Part shown: positions 49,355 through 59,758 of the stretch, piece after piece | Numbering within the stretch: the stretch's first letter is position 1 | Layout of the letters: every line of letters begins with the position of its first letter | Origin: Azolla caroliniana | Taxonomy: Eukaryota; Plantae; Polypodiophyta | Reading direction: 5' to 3' | Length of the DNA: 64,000 bases | Assembly (NCBI GenBank): GCA_043228905.1 | Contig: JBHGNT010000011.1 | Span: 2,356,001-2,420,000, forward strand | Translations under genes and position numbers: made by a program | The notes under the pieces: generated by a model | Databases searched by the model: none | Told to the model about the DNA's origin: nothing | What the model saw: only the letters and a program-made list of their open reading frames with translations

Positions 49355-52300
49355 GACTGTTGCGAGTGAGGGTTGCAATAGTCCCATTATTAAAAGACCC
49401 TCATATAGGGCATTACAACATATGAATAAGTCATTTCATGTTTCTGAAAGTGGTGCTATATGTGTGACTAGGATGTATGAATGCAAGAGGAACTTGAAAA
49501 AGAATGCTAATCTGTTTCAGCAGGCATTGAAGGATAATGGAGTACTTGAAATGGAAGAGCAGATTGAAAGTGTTATGGAAGAAATTTCTTTTGCAAATAC
49601 TTTAGAAGAGTTAGAAATGTATTTGAAAGAAGATGATGAGAATGTTAGAAAGATACATGTAAACTCAATTGATATGTATTATGAGATTGATAGGTATAAT
49701 TGTAAATATGAAGAAGTAGAAAGTTTATGTAATACAAAATACAAAACAATAGATAAAAAGGTCAAACCTGCTGCAGTACCATTACCTATTGGTAGTGAAG
49801 AGAAGATGGAGGCAGTAGCAACCGAGCCTATGCTTCGACCAATAGAGAAGATCGGACATCACTTCACTTCGGAGACAATAAATAACTTGAGAATCGGAAG
49901 GGGTGAATTTCTTCTGCAATCAGAGATCGTGACTTTCAAAGAAATGATCTTTAGGCATGGGAAAGCGTTTGCATTCAAAGCTGAGGAGATTGGTTGTGTA
50001 AATCCAAAGGTGGTGACGCCAATGGTAATATTTACTATCCCTCATATTCCTTGGAATTTTAAACCTATTGCAGTACCGAGAGCTCGATTACCTCAATTGT
50101 TGGAGTTGCTGAAGGATAAAGTCAAGATGAAGATTTTAGAGCCTTCAAATGCACCATACTCCAATAGATGGTTCACAGTTCCAAAGAAAGATGGTTCTCT
50201 AAGATTCATTCAAGATCTACAACCAGTCAACAAAGTCACAATCCGAAATGCGGGAATTGGACCGATCGTTGATGAATTTGCGGAAGCGTTTGCTGGAAGA
50301 GCGATTTACTCTATGGGAGACCTATATTCAGGATACGACCAATTTCAACTAGCAATTGATAGTCGCAACATCACAACAATGAAAACACCAATTGGGTTGG
50401 TTCGAATGTGCACTCTACCTCAAGGTGCGATGAATTCGGTTGCTCATATGATGAATGCAATGAACAAAGTTCTACATGAATACATCCCAAAGGTAACTAT
50501 GCCATTTTTAGATGATATTCCTATTAAGGGATGCTTAGAAAGAGAGAAAGATGAGACTATGGTTGGAAATGGTTGCAGAAAGTTTGTGATGGATCACATT
50601 AATGACTGTGAAAGTATTTTAAATAAGCTTGAGCAGGTACATTTAACACTATCAGGAACAAAGTCTTGCTTTGGGCAAAACGAAGTTCTAATAGTTGGTC
50701 ATATGTGTGGGTGGTATGGGAGGAAACCTTCACCGATCAAAATTAACGCAATACAAAATATGAAGGAAGTTTGCGACTCGGTGACAGAGGTGAGAAGATT
50801 TTTGGGTGCATGTGTGTTTTATCATATTTGGTTACCACACTTTGCACATGTCTCAGATCCTCTCTACCAACTTTTAAGAAAAGGAAAGAAGTTTATTTGG
50901 ACTGATGAACATACACAAGTTGTTCAACAGCTGAAAGAAGCATTACTGAAAGCACCAGTTCTTCGTCAACCAGACTACAAAGGTGAAAGACCAATTATAG
51001 TAACAGTTGATACTAGCCCAATCGGGATCGGTTGGGTTATCAACCAAGAAGATGAAGACCAACATCGATATGCTATTAGATTTGGAGCAAAGATATTAAA
51101 TGAAAGACAAAGAAACTATGCACAAGTTAAACGAGAATTGTGGGGTTTGCTTACTGCATTAAAAACAGATAGAGATTACTTGATCGGAGCAGATGTAGTG
51201 GTTGAAACAGATTGTTTGCCACTCATTGGAATGATAGCAAGTTGCACGACACCAGATATTGCAATGCTTCGGTGGATTGCATACATCAGAACCATGAACC
51301 CAGAATTGCGGCATATAAAGGGAAAAGACAACCCAATTGCAGATATGCTGTCAAGGGCAAGGTTCATAAATGAAAAGGTGATGCAAACTGAAGATAAGAA
51401 CTGGGCAACTACAAGCCATCAATTTGCTCATCAAGAATCTATTACGCCTCATGATGAGTTTAATGTAAGTATAATGTTCAAAGATGTGGAGTATGAAGGT
51501 CAATGGTTAGAAATAGGAAATTTTCTAAAGACTCAAGAAGCCAACCCATCATGGTTGAAGAAACAATTAAATGAATTTCGAAGACGAGCATTCAAGTTTT
51601 TTTTACATGAAGGGCATTTATGGAGGCGTTCAAAAAGGCCAACCGAAAATCCTCTTCGAGTCATTTGTAAGGATGACATTAAGAGAAAATTAATTAATGA
51701 ATTCCATGATAGTTTGTGGGCAGGACATAGAGGCATATGGGCGACATTTGTTGGTATTTCGGTCCCTCCGGATGGGATGTCCGGAAATGAATGACGGCAA
51801 GCCCGGTTGCGGTTACGGAGCCGGATGAAGAAGACCCCGGCTACGGAGCCGGATGATGAAGACCCCGGCTACGGAGCCGGATGATGAAGACCCCGGCTAC
51901 GGAGCCGGATGAAGAAGACCCCGGCTACGGAGCCGGATGATGAAGACCCCGGCTACGGAGCCGGATGACGAATGTACCCGGAGAGAGATCCGGATGCGGG
52001 GACATATCTGTGAATATGTTTGCCAAGGGCCCTTGAGGCTATATTTGTAAATAGCCCGAAAGTCATATGTGTATAAATATGACTTAGGGCAAACTGTTCT
52101 TGTGGCTGGTTGTTGTTGCTCATTTTCTGTTTTTTCCTTTTAGAGGGAGAGAAGTGAGAGCAGCCGAGAGAGAGAGAGAGAGACGAAGAGGTCGTTGCCT
52201 CTGTGTACTGCCGCCGCCTGTGGCGAAGACAGTGAGCTCAAGGTTGTTGCCTTGTAGCTTCACCATTGTACATCTCTGTTTATACTGATAGTTGGAGTTT

Positions 52301-52480
52301 GAGGACTCCCGTGGTTTTTCCCCATTTAGGGTTTTCCACGTAAAACATCCTGTGTACTCTTCTCTCTATTGTCTTCGTGCATCTTGTATTTCCTGTTTTC
52401 TGTGAGTTGATCCTATTCCTCGGTTGTGGCCGAGCACTGTTTTTCAACAAATTGGTATCAGAGCACGGTTAACACAGAAA

Positions 52481-55400
52481 ATGGAAGGCGGCGGTAGTGG
52501 GCCTCCGGGCATGATGGTGTTGAACTCACATAACTACGCCGACTGGAAGATAAAGATGGAAGACCTTCTCATCGTCCGAGACCTGTATGAACCGATCAAC
52601 AATGCCGAGATACCCAAGGGGGTAATAGAGTCGGAGTGGAAGCTCCTGAACCGGAAAGCCGTAGCGACGATCCGGCAATATGTCGATGTAAGCGTTCTAC
52701 AACATGTGGCGAATGACACCAACGCATATGAGATGTGGAAGAAGCTGTCGGGCCTCTACGAGAGGAAGAATGCGTTGAACCGGACCTCCCTGATGAGGAA
52801 GATAGTGAACCTCAAGTACCGGGATGGCGAGAATATGGTGGAACACGTGAGCACGTTCATGGGATTCGTGAACCAGCTTGCGGCGATCAAGTTCCCGTTG
52901 GAGGATGCAATGCAAGCCATCATTCTGATGTGTACATTGCCGGAAAGCTGGGAGAACTTGGTGGTGACTCTCAGCACCTCCTGCACCGAAGATAACTTGT
53001 CTCTACAAACGGTAAAGACAAGCATTTTGAACGAAGAAGCGCGTCGGAGAGATAAAGAACCGGCCTCCGACTCGAAGGCGCTGCTTACCGAATCGGAACG
53101 GGGAAGACAATGGAACCGGAGTCCGCAAAGACGGGAGAAGTCGGGGACCCGGTCGCAGTCAAGAGGAAGGCCCACATGCTTCCACTGTGGGAAGCCGGGG
53201 CACTTTCGAAAGAACTGTCGGCATTACCGAAAAGACAACGGAGCCGACGATACCGATTCGAAGAAGTCACCGGAGCGAAACGGTGCATACCGGGGAGCCA
53301 CGGACCGGAGAGGTCCGGATCGGCGAGGGCAGGACCGGAAAGGAACGACGGCACTCGCGGCAAGTGAAGAAGAGATAATGCTCATTACCGAAGAGAGGGA
53401 GCTGAACCTTGCCGGTGAAGAGATGACCTGGGTGGTCGATTCCGGAGCGTCGTTCCACCTGACCCCGGAGAAGAAATACTTCTCATCCTACACAGCCGGT
53501 GAGCACGGCTGTGTCCGGATGGGAAATGAAGGCACATGCCGGATTGCCGGCATAGGAGACGTGTGGCTGATGACATCAACCGGATGCAAGATGCTGCTGA
53601 AGGATGTTCGACACGTTCCGGAGGTCCGATTGAACCTGATTTCGGCCGGGAGGCTAGACGATGAAGGCTACACGGGTAGCATCCGGAACGGTGTCATGAA
53701 GTTCAGCAAGGGGAGCCTGATAGTGGCTCGGGCCCGGAAGGTCAACACACTGTACCTGATGAATTCCCGGCTATGTCCGGAGGAGCTGAACGTGGCAGCC
53801 GACACTGCCGGTGAGCTGTGGCACAAGAGACTGTGCCACATGAGTGAGAAGGGGATGAAGAGGCTTGCAGAAGACAACCTTATTCCAGTGAAGCATGTGC
53901 ACCTGGAGAAGTGCACCGACTGCCTGGCCGGTAAGCAAAACAGAACCTCCTTCCACTCAAGGCCACCGACGAGACGTAGCGCACCATTGGAGTTGGTGCA
54001 CACTGACATGTGTCAAGTAGAAACGAAGTCACATGGCGGAGCCCAGTACTTCGTGACATTCATTGATGACCACAGCCGGAAGCTGTGGACGGCACCGTTG
54101 AAGACAAAGGACCAAGTATCGTCCGTCTTCAAAGAACTCCACGCGAGAGTGGAAAGGGAATCCGGCAAGAAGCTGAAAGCGATACGAGCGGATAACGGAG
54201 GGGAATACCGGGGGCAGTTCCAGGAGTACTGTCGCTCGAAGGGAATCCGGCTCGAGTTTACTGTGCCGAAGACGCCGGAACTGAACGGGCTGGCCGAGAG
54301 GATGAACCGGACCATAATGGAGAGGGTCCGGAGTATGCTGGCGCATGCGAAATTACCCAAGGGGTTTTGGGCTGAGGCAATGTCGACGGCGACATACGTG
54401 ATAAACAGATCACCCTCAGTACCTTTGGACGGAGACACGCCGCAGAGAGTGTGGACCGGTAGGGAAGTATCCTACCGGCATCTGAAGGTGTTCGGGTGTC
54501 TCGCATACGTGCATGTGGCAAAGGACCGGAGAGGAAAGCTAGATCCAAAGACCCGGCCATGCATATTCCTCGGTTATGGCGATGATGAGTTCGGCTACCG
54601 AGTATGGGACCCGGTCGACAGAAAGATATTCCGGAGTCGTGATATCATCTTCATGGAGGTCAAGACACTCGCCGACTGGGAGTCGGAGAAGAAGATGAAG
54701 AGCTCCAAGTCGACCGGTTAGGATCAACTCTACGAGGAACAGTCCCGACCGGCAAGGGACCGGTTAGCACTCGAGGATCTGGCCGAAGACGGTGAAGAAA
54801 TAGAATCGGCCGAGGAAGATGAAACTGATACCGGAACCGGCCCCGATCCCGAAATGGATTCAGATGAAGAAGAAACGGAGGAGCCGGTTACCGAAGCTCC
54901 GGAACGGAGATATCCTCTAAGAGAGAGAAGGGCCCCCCGGAGATTTCCGGAACCAGAGCACGTGCTGCTAACCGACGAGGGGGAGCCGGAGAGTTTTGAA
55001 GAAGCAAAGCTTGACAACCATAGCCGCAGGTGGTTAAGTGCCATGCAGGAGGAGATGGATTCCCTGCATGAGAACCACACATATGAACTTGTGGAGTTGC
55101 CGAAAGGTAAGCGGGCACTTCGAAACAAGTGGGTGTTCAAGCTGAAACCGGGAGATGCCGGAAACCCCCCGAGATACAAAGCCAGGATCGTAGTGAAGGG
55201 GTTCCAGCAGAAGAAGGGCGTCGACTTCGACGAGATGTTTGCCCCGGTAGTGAAGATGACCTCCATACGGACGGTGCTGAGCATAGCGGCAAGCATGGAC
55301 CTCGAGGTAGAACAGATGGACGTGAAGACGGCATTTCTTCACGGTGACCTCGAAGAAGAGATCTACATGCAGCAACCGGAAGGATTCGAGAAGAAAGGGA

Positions 55401-56554
55401 AGGAGCACCTGGTATGCCGGTTGAAGAAGAGCCTTTACGGACTGAAGCAGGCTCCCCGGCAATGGTACCGGAAGTTTGACTCCTTCATGACCGACGAAGG
55501 GTACCACAGAACGCAGTCCGACCACTGCGTGTTTGTGAAGAAGTTCGAAGGAGGAGACTCTCTAATACTCCTCCTGTACGTGGACGACATGTTGATCGTC
55601 GGACGGGACCAGGGCAAGATACGGATGCTGAAGAAAGCACTTCACCGAACCTTCTCAATGAAGGACCTGGGTCCGGCGAGGCAAATACTAGGGATGCATA
55701 TCATCCGGGACCGGAAGAAGAAGCAGTTGTGGCTGTCATAGGAGAAGTACGTGACAAAGGTGCTTCATCGGTTCAACATGTCGGAAGCAAGACCGGTCGG
55801 ATCAACTCTCCCGGCAAACTGCAAGTTGTCCAGCAAGCAAAGCCCCAAGACAAAGGCTGAGAAAGAGGACATGATGAAAGTACCATATGCCTCCGCCGTC
55901 GGAAGCTTGATGTACGCAATGGTATGTACAAGACCGGACATAGGATATGCAGTCGGAGTGGTGAGCCGGTACATGAGCAATCCCGGCAAAGAGCACTGGA
56001 ACGCGGTCAAGTGGATACTCCGATACCTGAAGGGCACGGCAAACGTGTGCCTCCGATTCGGCTCCTGTAAGCCCGAACTCGACGGCTTTACCGACTCGGA
56101 TATGTCGGCTGATGCAGATACCAGCCGGTCCACATCTGGGTATGTGATGACGTATGCAGGGGGAGCTGTCTCGTGGCAGTCGAGGCTGCAGAAGACGGTT
56201 GCATTGTCAACCACGGAGGCGGAGTACATGGCGGCTGTTGAAGCCGGCAAGGAAATAATATGGATGAAGGACTTCATTAGAGAGCTCGGTATCCGGCAGG
56301 AGGAGTTCCGACTCTACTGTGACAGTCAGAGTGCCATCCACCTTGCGAAGAACGCGGCCTATCACTCCCGGACGAAGCACATCCAGCGAAGATATCACTG
56401 GATCCGGGAAAGGATAGAAGACCAGGAGTTCGTGCTGACGAAGATCCACACGGACGAAAACGGGTCAGAAATGCTGACCAAAGTGCTCACACCCGACAAG
56501 CTGGAAGCGTGCCGGAAGAAGGTCGGACTGGAAAGACATCCCATGCCGAAGTGA
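52481..56554 (+). pseudogene. T3 gag-pol: single frame with two premature TAG stops
   Basis: ORF pieces to 54721, 55741 and 56554 share a frame; stops at 54719-54721 and 55739-55741; all copia domains are present. Confidence 0.93.
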
Positions 56555-56987
56555 AGGGGGAGTTTGTTGGTATTTCGGTCCCTCCGGATGGGATGTCCGG
56601 AAATGAATGACGGCAAGCCCGGTTGCGGTTACGGAGCCGGATGAAGAAGACCCCGGCTACGGAGCCGGATGAAGAAGACCCCGGCTACGGAGCCGGATGA
56701 TGAAGACCCCGGCTACGGAGCCGGATGATGAAGACCCCGGCTACGGAGCCGGATGATGAAGACCCCGGCTACGGAGCCGGATGACGAATGTACCCGGAGA
56801 GAGATCCGGATGCGGGGACATATCTGTGAATATGTTTGCCAAGGGCCCTTGAGGCTATATTTGTAAATAGCCCGAAAGTCATATGTGTATAAATATGACT
56901 TAGGGCAAACTGTTCTTGTGGCTGGTTGTTGTTGCTCATTTTCTGTTTTTTCCTTTTAGAGGGAGAGAAGTGAGAGCAGCCGAGAGA

Positions 56988-59758
56988 TAGATAGATAGAT
57001 TATATTATCGTCTTCGGAGGTCAAATATGACCTATGAGACCAAAAATATTACATTTCACGTGATATGTGTGAAAGTGAGTAGTGACTCTCGATGTTCAAG
57101 AACTTTACCAATGAATGTTGCAATCGAGAGTGCACATTGTGGTTGTGAGAGGAATTCATGCAAAGATTGGGCTCGATCGAAGAGATGTGTAAAGCATGGT
57201 CGAATATGATCAAAGGCAGAGCATTGTATCAAAGTGTGATACTCAGACTCGCGAACTTGTTTAGGGCAAAGTGTGCATAACCGACCACTCTCATCACTTG
57301 TACCCCAACGCCCTGTTTCACATCGCAATGCATGTGAGCTAAGTCGCATGAAAGCAATGGTTCGAATGGAAGATAACGGTATGGGCTCTAACATGTATGG
57401 ATGTGTACGATTTCCCCGTTCCGCGAAGAATATGGTTTTGTAGTTAGGTGCAACATGTGTAGTATAATGTGTGAAGCGTGAGCCTCCACATTTGTCCCAT
57501 GTCATGATACATTGGCGTTGCAAAAATGCCTCATTTACAGAGGAATCTAATGATGCATCATGAAGCAAGTGTCTCGCATCCCATCTACCAAACCATTTTT
57601 CTATATCTTGCATCCAACCGGAACACAAAATTTTGCTTTTATGCGTCTTTTGGATCTTTTTGCTTGCTTCCCACGCAATTCTAGGAAGTCGATGTGAGGG
57701 ACTTTTTTGAACCTTAAGCATGTATTCAACAACCCTTTCCATGGCCATGATCTCAATGGGAAGCGATCCCGTCTCAAGGAGGAGGAGGGTGTAGGGCGTT
57801 TGTTTCTTAACTTGTAGAAACTTGGTAAGAAAATGCTTTTGGACATTTTCAAACTCTTTCCACATAGATTTAGGGATGCTACCGCCCCATACTTCCACCC
57901 CATAGAGAAGAACCGGTGTCACCAAAGTGTCGAAAAGATATTTCTTGAGGACCCAACACTTAATATCTCCAAGATTGCATGTGTTCTCAAATGCATAGTA
58001 TGCTCGCTTGCCCGCCTCTAAGCGGCGTGTAGCACATTCATTCCATCTATGATTTGAAGGAACTTCAAGGCCAAGATATTTGAAGCTTTCCACACATTCA
58101 AGTGGCTCATTGTTGTACATAATGCATGGTTTATCTCTTTTTTGGCTCTTCACAAGCATAATCTTTGTTTTAGAGCTATTGACACTTAATTTAGTATGCA
58201 TGCAAAATTTTTCCAATGCCTTCATAAGCTTTTGTGCATCTCCTAAAGTATTTGCAAAAAGCACTACATCATCTGCATATAGCAAAAGCATAATCACAAC
58301 ATTCCCAATGGCAACTTCTTCAACACATTCTTCCTTTGCAAACTTGGTAACCATTTCTTCCAATTCATCAATGCATAGACCAAATAGTGTTGGTGAGAGT
58401 GGGCATCCTTGCTTAACACCAATAGTGCTTTTGAAAAAATCTGAAAGTTTATCTCTCATGCGCACACAACATATAACCTTCTCATAAATTCGGGAAATTG
58501 CAAGCATATATTCACTTGGCACCTCAAGTTCTTCCATTCGCCTCCAAAGATGCTCACGAGGTACCATATCAAAAGCTTTCTTGAAGTCTACAAAGCAACA
58601 ATATAAACCTTTACCTCTAAGGCGACTTTCCTCCGTTAATACTCGAAGGGTGATAAGGTGATCAATGGTGCTATGGTGTTTCCGAAAGCCAGCTTGTCCA
58701 TAAGCTCTCTTACCACTTTTTTCAGCCCATACACTTATCTTTGATTCCATTATACATCCAAATAGTTTTGCCATTAATGAGCCAACCATGATGGTTCGAT
58801 AGTTGTTTACATTATTTATATCTCCACCTTTATGTAAAGGTTTGATCCAATTTGTAGTCCAATCGTACGGCATACCATGTTGCAATGCATCATTAAACAT
58901 ATCGCTTATCCATATATGTGCTTCCTTTCCCGTCCATTTGAGCATTTCAGCCTTTATACATTGAAGATCGCTTGCCTTTCGAGAGGCCAATTTCTTAAGT
59001 CCTATGCATATATCTTCAATTGTAAAGAAGGGAGGCATATGTGAAAGAGAACCATAACACATCATCTTTCCGGCAAGAGATAACTCATATAAATTCTTAC
59101 AATGCATAGACAAGTCGTGAAGAGTTAAGTCACCATAACTCTCAACACGTTTTCCCTTTAGATTTCCCCAAAATTTAGCACATGCATGTGCTTTCTCTTG
59201 CGTTTGGATAAGTTGTTGAGTAACTTCCCATATTCTTCTCTTTCTTTGAATAAGCCTTTTATACTCATGCAAATGCTTTTGGTAATTCTCTTTATCCTTA
59301 ACTACATCCAAAACCATAAGGCACTTTCGAGCTTCATGACATTCTTTATCAAACCATTTTTTCCTAAGTTTCTTGGTGCATTTCCAAGATGTGCGATTGG
59401 TCGAAAAACATTTGTTTGTACATGAGAGAATGACTTTCTTGAAAGCTTCCCATTTGCATTCTAGTGTGGCACCATGTTGTATCTTTGTCATTTGTAACAT
59501 ATCCTCAACCATCTTGGAATACATGGGTGCTCGCTTAAGGTTCATGCTCAAGTGCGGTTGTTTATTATCTTCAATAGCCTTCTCACAATCAAACCTATGC
59601 ATACATTTGAGATCGATACATAAAGGCCTATGATCGGATTCCGGTGTCCATTCACCAAGTGAGAATTTATGTATACGATCCAAAATACATTCGGAAAGTA
59701 GCACATAGTCAATCACACTATTTCCATTGTGTTTTCTACATGTAAAACCATTAGTGTT
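56988..59758 (-). mobile_element. 5'-truncated RTE-group (RTEX-like) LINE inserted in the (GA)n tract of the T3 3' LTR
   Basis: (ATCT)n tail on -, short 3' UTR with hairpin AGGTCA-TATT-TGACCT; LTR sequence resumes on both sides. Confidence 0.9.
57056..59716 (-). CDS. LINE ORF2: APE C-terminus, reverse transcriptase and C-terminal CCHC
   Basis: Open to the truncation point; SVIDY...SDH, NYRTI, QAGFR, FVDFKKAFD, GVKQGCPLSP, LLYADD, FKYLG, RLSSHALRCETGRW..CTLC..ESEYH...C. Confidence 0.92.
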   Translation of the reverse strand: MIDYVLLSECILDRIHKFSLGEWTPESDHRPLCIDLKCMHRFDCEKAIEDNKQPHLSMNLKRAPMYSKMVEDMLQMTKIQHGATLECKWEAFKKVILSCTNKCFSTNRTSWKCTKKLRKKWFDKECHEARKCLMVLDVVKDKENYQKHLHEYKRLIQRKRRIWEVTQQLIQTQEKAHACAKFWGNLKGKRVESYGDLTLHDLSMHCKNLYELSLAGKMMCYGSLSHMPPFFTIEDICIGLKKLASRKASDLQCIKAEMLKWTGKEAHIWISDMFNDALQHGMPYDWTTNWIKPLHKGGDINNVNNYRTIMVGSLMAKLFGCIMESKISVWAEKSGKRAYGQAGFRKHHSTIDHLITLRVLTEESRLRGKGLYCCFVDFKKAFDMVPREHLWRRMEELEVPSEYMLAISRIYEKVICCVRMRDKLSDFFKSTIGVKQGCPLSPTLFGLCIDELEEMVTKFAKEECVEEVAIGNVVIMLLLYADDVVLFANTLGDAQKLMKALEKFCMHTKLSVNSSKTKIMLVKSQKRDKPCIMYNNEPLECVESFKYLGLEVPSNHRWNECATRRLEAGKRAYYAFENTCNLGDIKCWVLKKYLFDTLVTPVLLYGVEVWGGSIPKSMWKEFENVQKHFLTKFLQVKKQTPYTLLLLETGSLPIEIMAMERVVEYMLKVQKSPSHRLPRIAWEASKKIQKTHKSKILCSGWMQDIEKWFGRWDARHLLHDASLDSSVNEAFLQRQCIMTWDKCGGSRFTHYTTHVAPNYKTIFFAERGNRTHPYMLEPIPLSSIRTIAFMRLSSHALRCETGRWGTSDESGRLCTLCPKQVRESEYHTLIQCSAFDHIRPCFTHLFDRAQSLHEFLSQPQCALSIATFIGKVLEHRESLLTFTHIT

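Noticed and set aside
51811-51970. 28-bp repeat array resembling a CRISPR
   Set aside because: Head-to-tail repeats with no spacers, inside a eukaryotic LTR, and no cas genes.
54719-54727. TAG in T3 pol as programmed readthrough
   Set aside because: The context TAG GAT CAA is not CARYYA; T1 has sense codons at both positions, and the second stop is a simple CAG to TAG change.
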